Below are positions 1 to 8,221 of a DNA stretch of 64,000 bases, one piece after another; within the stretch, counting starts at the first letter, position 1; the number at the start of each line of letters is the position of its first letter. The position numbers and the translations under genes were made by a program. The notes beneath the pieces are model-generated. The model was not told where the DNA came from. It saw only the letters and a program-made list of their open reading frames with translations, and searched no databases. Source of the DNA: Longimicrobiales bacterium (GTDB lineage Bacteria > Gemmatimonadota > Gemmatimonadetes > Longimicrobiales > Gaopeijiaceae); the NCBI GenBank assembly GCA_965218295.1, contig CBDCKN010000013.1, positions 512,001-576,000 of the forward strand. Direction: 5' to 3'.

Positions 1-252
1 CTCGTCCGCCGTTCCGGAGTGTACTTCGTGGATCGGCTCCCGCCGGTCCAACTACACCACGGGACAGAGGACATGGTCGTGGCCGTCAGCCAGGCCTACC
101 GGTTGATCGATGCGATGGATGCGGCGGGAAAGACAGATTTTGAGGAGTACATCTATGCTGGTGCTGGCCATGACATTATCGCCCTTATAAGGGAAGGGGC
201 TCACACGCGCGCGATCGAGTTCCTTCGTCCCTTCCTCTTCGAGCTCCCGTAG
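1..252 (+). CDS. alpha/beta hydrolase (esterase/peptidase) C-terminal part, 5' end outside window
   Basis: QLHHGTEDMVV and YAGAGHD match the catalytic Asp and His regions of alpha/beta hydrolases. Confidence 0.55.
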   Translation, partial: LVRRSGVYFVDRLPPVQLHHGTEDMVVAVSQAYRLIDAMDAAGKTDFEEYIYAGAGHDIIALIREGAHTRAIEFLRPFLFELP

Positions 253-390
253 GGCCGCATGGATGAGACCAGCAGCGGGTGGAGCCAAGCGCCACTGCTG
301 CAGACGGGCTAGTGGTATCCTCACCCTGGCGCCAAGGTGCTGGCCGAGTCCACGACCCCGGACCAGCGAACCTGAGAGCAGCGCGCCAGG

Positions 391-585
391 AACATCAGGT
401 TGCCGCGCGAATCCGCCTGGCAGGAGACCGCAATGAGAAGTTCGGAGGAATTTCGGACCCGGCCGGACAACCTTTGCAGCTCGGAGCGTCGCCAATGCCC
501 TCGATGAACGCGGTCGCCCGCGCCACGGTGGAAGGCGGATTGAACATGCCCCGATGCGTCACCGCCCGCATAAGTTCCGTAACGT
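391..585 (-). pseudogene. fragment of VapC PIN toxin, diverged copy of 12977..13402
   Basis: Near-identical DNA to about 13085-13275; encodes VTHRGMFNPPSTVARATAFI and ELLIAVSCQADSRGNLMF with a frameshift. Confidence 0.8.
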
Positions 586-738
586 CCAAATCCTTGGCGC
601 GGCGCACGGGCAGCAGCTGCGGGAGTCCGCGCTGGCGGCGACGTATGTCCCGGCCCCATTTCGGAGAATCAAATACTTATGAACCCCGAAAATCATGAGA
701 AAGCCAACCTGCGACAGAACCCCCGAGAAAGCCACGAC

Positions 739-1435
739 ATGACGACGAGCTCGACCGCCAGGGCAGAGCGAACCGAAGAACTCAATCCGTATGCGATTGT
801 GCAGCGTCAGTGCGACAATGCGGCCCGATACCTGCCCGAGTTCGATCCCGGACTCTTCGAGTTCCTGAAACGGCCCGACAAGCTAACGATCGTGGAGTTT
901 CTGATCTCCACTGACTTCTGGAGAGGTCATAAACTTCGTAGGGTACAGGTGTGGCGAGCCCGTGCATATGGCGGCATCTCGATGCTGACGCCCGAACAGG
1001 TCCATTTCGGTTTCGCCGATCAGGTCATCGCCCGCAGGAAGGCCGTGCTCCGCGAGGCAGTGGGCCGCTCATCCCGACCGCTTCGTCTCCGGTGAGCCGA
1101 AGCCTAAACCACTCCCGGAGGCCGTCTGGATCAATCCTCCAAGCCCCACCCTCACTACAACAGGAGATTGCTCTCTAATTGATTCCCCCAAGTGTCTCAT
1201 CGGGGTTGACAGGCTCCGGAACGGCAAGCTCAAGCGGATCATGACCCGGGCTTTCGACCACGTCATCGAAAAGCAGACCGAGATCAATGCCTCCTTGGTG
1301 GAATTGGAGACTGAGCGGCAGCGCCTGGGTCGTGGAGACGATCCATTGGACCCGGTCGATCTACGGACTGCAGCGTTCGTTGTGGCTGTCAAGAGGGTGG
1401 CGCGGGTGGTGCTCGATCGAGGGGTCTGGCCGTAG
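739..1435 (+). pseudogene. Glu/Leu/Phe/Val (glutamate) dehydrogenase remnant; N- and C-termini only, middle replaced by an IS end
   Basis: N-terminal LNPYAIVQRQCDNAARYL...LKRPDK and C-terminal LKRIMTRAFDHV...DLRTAAFVVAVKRVARVVLDRGVWP. Confidence 0.7.
967..1217 (+). mobile_element. 3' remnant of the IS3-family element seen intact at 19372-20938 and 43542-45108
   Basis: GGISMLTPEQVHFG...EAVWINPP..TTQEIAL followed by the right end gtgtctcatcggggttgaca-ggctccg. Confidence 0.9.
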
Positions 1436-1864
1436 ACGATAGTCCGGAAGCACCAGGCTTTCCAGGTCACCGCTTCGACGCTCCTGAAGGCGGTGAGCGG
1501 CGAGTGAGTCAGGAAGTCGTCCCAGTAGGGGGTCGTCCTGCGGCCCTCCGGGACCGCCGTCCCTGGGCTATATGGCCTCGACTATGGCCCGGTTACGCTC
1601 CCACAAGGCTGCTACGGGTCCCGTGTGAGACGCTCCCGTAATGGCACTAATCATAAGCAATCGAGGACCGTCAACCGCTTGCTGTCGGTCATGGACATCG
1701 AACCGCTTGCGGCACGTCACCCGCAACATCGTGGAGCGGATCTCGGTCCAGATCAGAATCGCCGATGAGCTCGTGGGCCGCTTCACTCGGGCGAGAACTC
1801 TCAGAGATCCGGAGGGGGAGCCAGGATGTCGTCCCCGGTCGCGACAGTCCTTGCCCCGTATTCA

Positions 1865-2488
1865 TCAGAAGCTGAACATCCCCGCGTCTGACTCTGTGAA
1901 TTGAGCTCCACATGCCTGCCCGGTGAGGGTCGAAGTGAACCCGGATGGGCCGATCTCCGCCTCTATGTCCAGATCTATCCGGCAGGATCCGCTCCGACCG
2001 TCGTCCGTGGCCCAGCGAACCGTACCATCCACCTCGCCGCTCAAGGCGAACCCAAGGTCGCCCATGATGGACAGTGCGAGACTTATGGCCAGGTTGGGCG
2101 CGCCGTTCAGGGTGAGCGCGAGCCCGGTATCCTCGGGCGTGACCACGCAGTCCGAGTGTATCATGGTCATCGACAGGGACACGGAAACGTCTTCGTCGCT
2201 GTCTGGATCTCCCATGAACTCGGCCTGTAGGTTGCTCACAGTCACCGTTCCACCCATCAAGCAGGGCGCAGTGAACTCTTCCTGGATGAGGCTCCCGGGG
2301 TCTAGGATCTCGCCCTCAAGAGCCGAGTTCTCGGCGATGACTTCAAATCCCGGCCTCGTCGCCGCCTTCACGAGCGCGAGCGCCTCCTCCCGGGTCAGTG
2401 AGTCTTCGTCGGGCCCCGTCGAGTCGTCACCGCATGCGACCAGGCCGATAGCAGAGCCCAGAACCAACCCCACCAAAACAAGCCGCAT
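1865..2488 (-). CDS. hypothetical lipoprotein
   Basis: AGGAGG RBS, MRLVLVGLVLGSAIGLVAC lipobox, acidic mature part with paired Cys. Confidence 0.75.
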   Translation of the reverse strand: MRLVLVGLVLGSAIGLVACGDDSTGPDEDSLTREEALALVKAATRPGFEVIAENSALEGEILDPGSLIQEEFTAPCLMGGTVTVSNLQAEFMGDPDSDEDVSVSLSMTMIHSDCVVTPEDTGLALTLNGAPNLAISLALSIMGDLGFALSGEVDGTVRWATDDGRSGSCRIDLDIEAEIGPSGFTSTLTGQACGAQFTESDAGMFSF

Positions 2489-2704
2489 GAAATGCCTCCT
2501 CTGGTCATATGCCCTTATGACCTTATAGGCAGCGTGCATATCGTCCCTATCGTTCATACCGTTTCCAGTCAATCCGTATGTGCTTACGAGTCTTTTACTT
2601 AGGTGATCGGCCCGAGCTGTCGTCACGCGACGGGGCATCGGTTCGGGCAACGCTCTCGCGCGGCCGGGCTAATCATAACGACGTGACCCCTTATGATACC
2701 AATA

Positions 2705-2740
2705 TTAGGGTCATGATGTTTAAGGTCATTATGACCCTAA
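2705..2740. promoter_or_regulatory. perfect 10-bp inverted repeat in a divergent intergenic region (putative operator)
   Basis: TTAGGGTCAT-N16-ATGACCCTAA with nested GGTCATTATGACC; further GGTCAT/ATGACC copies at 2503-2522. Confidence 0.45.
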
Positions 2741-3034
2741 CATCCGGACGCACCTGATCCGCGCCGCGCCAGAGCTGGCCCAGGAACGCGTCGAAACCGC
2801 GACGCGCGTCCTCGAAGAACACGAAGGTCGCATGAGTCGTCCTGTTCCGTGTCGTGTGCACAGGAGCTCCGGGACTTGATCGGCCAACAGTACATCGACA
2901 CCCTTAAGGACTTGAATTCGCCGCCAACTAATTGCGATCTGGACAAATGGCTCGTGTTGTTGAGGGCCTGAGAGAAGGGACGGACTGCAACACTTTCGTT
3001 TTTCAGCACAACCTTGTCAGGGGACTAAAACATC

Positions 3035-3967
3035 ATGATACGAAGCCGCTGTCTGTATTCTCTCATCGTGACTTGTACCGTGCTCTTTCCCATGGCCACG
3101 CCCGCTCTGGCACAAGGCGAGCTACGGTTCTATGTGGGCGCAGAACTAGGAACTCTCTTATCGTCTGCGGTGACCATGACGGGTGACAGCAATGATCGCG
3201 CCAGCATCTGCGATGAGTTCATCAACCCGCTATATGCGTCCGTACCTGGCTGCACTCACGCGGCACGTGGCGTGGGAGACAATTGGAGTGTGCCGTTCGA
3301 TGGAGCCGGTGGCGTTGCGATGAGCGCTGTGATGGGATACCGGCTGCACGGCATGGTGCGGGCAGAGGTAGAGTACGTGATGAGGAGCTCCAACTACTCC
3401 CAGCGGTCCGGGGTACTCGCCGCCCAGGGGGTCAATGCCGACAAGCTGAGCGACGAACTGTTCTTGGCGCAGGAGTGGTTGGGTCTCGTCGAATCGAAGA
3501 GCCTGATGGGCAACGTGTACCTGGACTTGCCTGGCGTGGCCGTGGGCTTCACGCCGTTCGTGGGGTTGGGTATGGGGATTGGGAGAACGAATGCAGACTA
3601 CGCGAGCGTGTGGTCCAGAAACACGGATCCGGTGGCCATAGACACGGGTCGAGACCAGCCCAACGCCGACCAAATCGCGCGCAATCTAGCCGGCACGTCC
3701 AGCTCGGCGCAGGCCACCATGGGGGATACACAGACCAGTTACCAAATTCTCGCTGGATTCGATTACCCGGTGTCGGAAACGGTGTCGGTAGGACTCAGGG
3801 CTCGCTGGATGAGCTCGGGTAAATTTGCAGGTACCGTGGTCTGGGATCCGTTGCGCAGCCATGTGCCGAATTTGCGGCGCGATGGCAGTGAGCCCGTGGA
3901 CGGTACGATGTCGACCGACGATTTTTCCTTTGTGGGAGTCAGTCTTGGAATGAAGCATCATTTCTAG
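3035..3967 (+). CDS. outer membrane beta-barrel protein (opacity/porin-like)
   Basis: Signal peptide, FYVGAELG, RAEVEY, LMGNVYLD, PFVGLGMG, YQILAGFDY, C-terminal Phe. Confidence 0.8.
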   Translation: MIRSRCLYSLIVTCTVLFPMATPALAQGELRFYVGAELGTLLSSAVTMTGDSNDRASICDEFINPLYASVPGCTHAARGVGDNWSVPFDGAGGVAMSAVMGYRLHGMVRAEVEYVMRSSNYSQRSGVLAAQGVNADKLSDELFLAQEWLGLVESKSLMGNVYLDLPGVAVGFTPFVGLGMGIGRTNADYASVWSRNTDPVAIDTGRDQPNADQIARNLAGTSSSAQATMGDTQTSYQILAGFDYPVSETVSVGLRARWMSSGKFAGTVVWDPLRSHVPNLRRDGSEPVDGTMSTDDFSFVGVSLGMKHHF

Positions 3968-4121
3968 CTACAGCCAGACCTGACCCGCGGGAAAGGCCCG
4001 AAAGCTCCGGTGCGTCTCCAGGGTTCGGCACATACATTGGCCCCGAGGTCTTAGAAGACACCACCACCTTAGGGCTTTTCCGATCGTTTCGTAGCGGTCG
4101 GCAAGTGCCAAGGAAAGACAC

Positions 4122-5423
4122 ATGAGTCTGCCGGACACACCCAGCGCCCCACCGAATGCCCAGGTACCGAAGCGTAAGAAAAGCCGTCTGACCCTGTATA
4201 TCGGCATTGCCATCGTGGCCGCTGTCGGGCTCGCGGTTACGGCTCCGCAGGTCGCCGTCCAATTTGAACTGGGCGGCGAGATCTTCCTGCGCCTGCTTCT
4301 GATGATGGTCGTTCCGTTGGTCGTCGCGAGCGTGATGAGCGGCATCATCGGTCTCGGGGACATCCGCAAACTGGGGCGGCCGGGCGGGTTTGCGATCGCC
4401 TACTACCTGACCACGACGGTGATGGCGGTCATCGTGGGTCTGATCATGGTCAACGTCATCCAACCGGGCATCGGCGCGATCGATGCGGATACGCTGGAGA
4501 CCATGGCGGCGCAAGGCCAGGAGATCACGGCAGGTCGCGAGGACGAGGGCTTGGGCTCGATCCTAAGCAACCTGGCGCTGATGCTGTTTACCGACAATCT
4601 GTTTCTCGCAGCCGCCGAGAGTAGCCTGCTGCCGCTCATTTTCTTCTCCATCATCTTTGCCGGCATGCTGACGACAATGGGCAGCAAGGTGCATGCGCTC
4701 ACGGAGATGATTCTCCAGATCAACAACGCAATGCTGTCCTTCGTCCTGCTGCTGATGAAGGTTGCGCCACTAGGGATTTTCTGTCTCGTCACGGCGCGAT
4801 TCGGACAAGCCCAACTGGAGGGCGTTCTCCTCGATGTCGTGGGCCAGACCGGGGCCTACTTTGTGACCGTCCTGGCTGGCCTGGGGACCCATGTGCTCCT
4901 AACCCTCCCACTTATCTACTGGATGTTCACCCGCAGGAATCCCTTCCGGTTCATGTACCGGATGTCCGAGGCGCTACTCACGGCGTTCTCGACGGCCAGC
5001 TCGAGCGCAACACTTCCGATCACGATGGAGTGCGCGGTCAAGAACGCAGATGTGTCCAAGCAGTCGGCGGATTTCGTGTTGCCACTCGGCGCTACGATCA
5101 ACATGGACGGGACCGCCCTGTACGAGGCGGCCGCGGCGATCTTCATCGCGCAGGCTCTCGGTTTCGATCTGTCGCTCGCAGACCAGCTGGTGATAGCGGT
5201 GACGGCGACAATGGCGGCGATCGGAGCGGCAGGGATTCCGGAAGCCGGCCTGGTCACCATGGTGATCGTCCTCAATGCGGTCGGTTTGCCCGTGGAATAC
5301 ATCGGCTTGATTCTGTCTGTCGACTGGCTCCTGGACCGCTTCAGGACCGCGGTGAACGTCTGTGGCGATTCTATCGGTGCCGCCGTGGTCGAGAAGAGTT
5401 TCACTGCCAGCGCTGCTACGTAG
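4122..5423 (+). CDS. dicarboxylate/amino acid:cation symporter (DAACS, GltP-like)
   Basis: AFSTASSSATLP, LPLGATINMDGTALY, DWLLDRFRTAVNV motifs. Confidence 0.95.
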   Translation: MSLPDTPSAPPNAQVPKRKKSRLTLYIGIAIVAAVGLAVTAPQVAVQFELGGEIFLRLLLMMVVPLVVASVMSGIIGLGDIRKLGRPGGFAIAYYLTTTVMAVIVGLIMVNVIQPGIGAIDADTLETMAAQGQEITAGREDEGLGSILSNLALMLFTDNLFLAAAESSLLPLIFFSIIFAGMLTTMGSKVHALTEMILQINNAMLSFVLLLMKVAPLGIFCLVTARFGQAQLEGVLLDVVGQTGAYFVTVLAGLGTHVLLTLPLIYWMFTRRNPFRFMYRMSEALLTAFSTASSSATLPITMECAVKNADVSKQSADFVLPLGATINMDGTALYEAAAAIFIAQALGFDLSLADQLVIAVTATMAAIGAAGIPEAGLVTMVIVLNAVGLPVEYIGLILSVDWLLDRFRTAVNVCGDSIGAAVVEKSFTASAAT

Positions 5424-5590
5424 ACCGGTGCTTCGAGACCGCTGGCGCATGCCTGGGCCTACACCTAGGGAATTAGACGGACGAGCCGCTGGCGCGACCC
5501 CCGAAAACTGACCCGATTCTCGGCGTTTGCGGGAAGCTTCCAGGTGCCGAGGATCCCGAATCCAGCGGCGAATCCGATCCCGCCGCCAGA

Positions 5591-5857
5591 TCAATCGAAG
5601 AAATCGGTATGGGTTCCAGTCCGAACCAGGATGAGAGCATCGCCCCCCTGGTCCCAGACCAACAGCCAGTCCGGTTCGATGTGACATTCCCAGCAGGGAG
5701 ACCAGTCCCCGGTCAACCGATGCTTCCGATGTCGTGGGTCGAGAGGCTGATTCGACAGAAGTCGCTCCACGACACTCCAGAGCTTGTCGAGATCCTTGCC
5801 GCGCTTTCTGCCACGCTTGAGATCCTTCTCGAATCGCTTCGTGGTAAGCAGGCGCAT
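5591..5857 (-). CDS. yafQ: YafQ/RelE-family mRNA interferase toxin
   Basis: HRLTGDW, ECHIEPDWLLV, LVRTGTHTDFF. Confidence 0.9.
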   Translation of the reverse strand: MRLLTTKRFEKDLKRGRKRGKDLDKLWSVVERLLSNQPLDPRHRKHRLTGDWSPCWECHIEPDWLLVWDQGGDALILVRTGTHTDFFD

Positions 5858-5862
5858 TGGGA

Positions 5863-6120
5863 TCAACCGTGCCGGGCTTTGAGATCCTCCAGGCTGGTGT
5901 ATTCGGTGAGTCCCTCTCCGGTGTGGGCCTGCCGCAACGCTGCGATGGTCTCGGCATTGGGAATCTTCACAGCGAACGGCAAGCCGTGATGCAGCGTTAC
6001 CTGGCGATAGAACAGCGTGATCGCTGCGGTTGGCGACAAACCGAGCCCCGAGAAGACCTCTTCGGCCTGGCTCTTCAACTCCGGTTCAACGCGGGCCCGG
6101 ATCATTTCGGTCTTGGCCAT
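5863..6120 (-). CDS. dinJ: RelB/DinJ antitoxin
   Basis: MIRARVEPELK..AEEVFSGLGLS...GLPF..PNAETIAAL, with GGAGG RBS. Confidence 0.9.
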   Translation of the reverse strand: MAKTEMIRARVEPELKSQAEEVFSGLGLSPTAAITLFYRQVTLHHGLPFAVKIPNAETIAALRQAHTGEGLTEYTSLEDLKARHG

Positions 6121-6228
6121 TTTGGGCACCTCCCCGTCTTGTTTGCTAATAATGTACCCCAAACGGGGAACATATCAATAAAGTGACCTTTTCTCTCCAC
6201 GACATCCCCGTCTTGTCCGCACGGCGGG

Positions 6229-6270
6229 TCCGTGATATACCTACAGGTGTACACACCTTCGCGTGTACAG
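6229..6270. repeat. GTGTACAC-like repeats upstream of parA (candidate centromere/operator)
   Basis: tacaggtgtacacaccttcgcgtgtacag; similar clusters at 6895-6911, 7211-7230, 17653-17688 and 29999-30031. Confidence 0.5.
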
Positions 6271-6289
6271 ACCGACCCCACGAGGACGC

Positions 6290-6970
6290 ATGAAGACCGT
6301 AGCGATCATCAGCCAGAAAGGCGGTTCAGGGAAAAGTACCCTGGCCCTTCATCTGGCCGTTGCATCGAGCCGAGAACGCGACACGGCCGTGATAGACCTC
6401 GATCCGCAAGCATCAGCCGCAAGTTGGGCCGATCGCCGTGAGGCCGGCACTCCCCCCGTTCTCTCCGCTCATTCAAGTCGCCTGCTCTTCGTCATGAAGG
6501 AAGTTGAGCAAGCGGAGGGCCCTCAAGGATCGCTGGTGATCCTCGATACGGCCCCCCACGCTGATCGCGTAGCGCTCGACGCTGCCAAGGCGGCCGACCT
6601 GGTCCTTATTCCAGCCCGTACGACCATTTTCGACATCGAGCCTTGTCTTAGGACGTGTGAACTGATCGCCACGACGAAGACGCCGCAATTCGTTGTTCTG
6701 AACGGTGTGGCGGCCGTGGGCAGTGAAGCAGACGACGCGGCCAGAACGATCGAAGCCCAGGGCTTTGCCGTAGCGCCCGTGCGCCTGGTGAGCCGCGTGG
6801 CGTACGCCCGCTCACTCATGGTCGGTCAAGTCGCCCAGGAGTTTCGCCCGAACGACAAGGCCGCGAAGGAGACCGCTGCCCTGCACACCTTCATGTGTAC
6901 ACACCTGTACGCTTCTCGCAAGGAGACACGAACCGATGGCCGGAAAGCCAAGCTTCGAAGAGGCGCTTAG
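6290..6970 (+). CDS. parA: ParA-family partition ATPase (short, type Ib)
   Basis: Deviant Walker A QKGGSGKST, IDLDPQ, ILDTAP. Confidence 0.92.
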   Translation: MKTVAIISQKGGSGKSTLALHLAVASSRERDTAVIDLDPQASAASWADRREAGTPPVLSAHSSRLLFVMKEVEQAEGPQGSLVILDTAPHADRVALDAAKAADLVLIPARTTIFDIEPCLRTCELIATTKTPQFVVLNGVAAVGSEADDAARTIEAQGFAVAPVRLVSRVAYARSLMVGQVAQEFRPNDKAAKETAALHTFMCTHLYASRKETRTDGRKAKLRRGA

Positions 6971-7208
6971 CAAGAGGAAGCCCGCTAATGAAGAGCCGAA
7001 AGGGCCCAAGCGGAGCAGGGGAGGGACCTCGACGCTCAAACCCTCCCGGACGGGCACCAAGCACATCGGCGGCCATTTCCCACCCGAGGTCGCGAAACAG
7101 CTACGCCAACTCGCCGTAGACGAAGACACGTCCCATCAGAAGCTCTTGGGCGAAGCGCTTGATTTACTCTTTCAGAGCCGACGTCTCCCCACGATCGCCA
7201 GCAAATAA
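6936..7208 (+). CDS. ribbon-helix-helix partition partner (ParG-like)
   Basis: Overlaps parA end; disordered N-terminus then KHIGGHFPPEVAKQLRQLAVDEDTSHQKLLGEALDLLF. Confidence 0.75.
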   Translation: MAGKPSFEEALSKRKPANEEPKGPKRSRGGTSTLKPSRTGTKHIGGHFPPEVAKQLRQLAVDEDTSHQKLLGEALDLLFQSRRLPTIASK

Positions 7209-7249
7209 TCGTGTACCGGTGTGTACACCTCTCTGTCTAGGAGGCCACT

Positions 7250-8217
7250 GTGAACGAGCCGGATAAACCGAAGCTGACGGACTACCTGACCGAGGCCTTG
7301 GCCAAGAGCCTGACCGAGGAGGGGTGTCAGAGCCTCCTCGAGGAGCGCGAACTCGTGGAGGCAGAGGCGCAGCGGGAGCGGCTGGAGGCCCTCCGGATCC
7401 AGATGCGGCCTCTGGACACTCCGGAGGTTGGGGAGGAAGCCCAGACGCCTCCTGAGGTACGCCCCGAATCACGGCCCGACCCGATTCTCCCGGTCGCGGT
7501 ATCCGTCCGGGAGCATCCAGCTCGGGAGGCCGGCCGGCTCGCCTTCGGGGGAATCGTCGACCTTGACCAAGACCTGCCGGCGGACGGGCAACTGCCCTTA
7601 CTCCCGGCCCCGGAAGGTCCTCGCGTCCCCCTGCTCGAGCTCGTGGACCGCTACGGCGTCCCCACCATGGCCCAGGGCCGAGGCGCGCCCCTGGAACTGG
7701 CCGTCTACATCGGCGCGTGTATCCTGACGCCCCACCGTGTCCGGGTGAGCCGCGGGAGGCTCGTTACGACCGTCCGCGAGCTCCGTGACTTCCTGTTCGG
7801 GCCAATCTGGCATCCCAGCCCGACCGGTAACCGGCCCGGCGATTGGGAGCGGGTCCGGGCCACGGCGCTGAACGCCAGCGACCTCTGGCGGGCCGTCGCC
7901 GTGAGGAAGATCCCCCCGGCGGCCGGGCGTTACCCGCCGACGCCACCCCCGCAACCGGAGCGTCCACCTGTGGAGCTCCGACCCCGCGCACTACCCCGTT
8001 CTGACGGCGGAGGCCCGGCGACGGCTGGCGTTCGGGTCCGGAGACAAGAAGAACCGGACGCGGGCCAACCAGGACGCCGCATGGGAGGACCTGGCTGGGG
8101 TCGAGATCCTGACCCGAACGGCCACCACCCAGGATAGTCGGCGCGGCTGGCTGATCGTCCCCGAGGCGGCGGCGGCCATCCGAGGACCTGCGCAACCGGA
8201 GAATGACGTTCGCGTAA
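7250..8217 (+). pseudogene. hypothetical protein, possibly replication-related, internally deleted/frameshifted
   Basis: GGAGG RBS; protein-like to about 7890, then resumes in another frame (YPVLTAEARRRLAFG...WLIVPEAAAA); directly follows parA-RHH. Confidence 0.4.
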
Positions 8218-8221
8218 GTCG

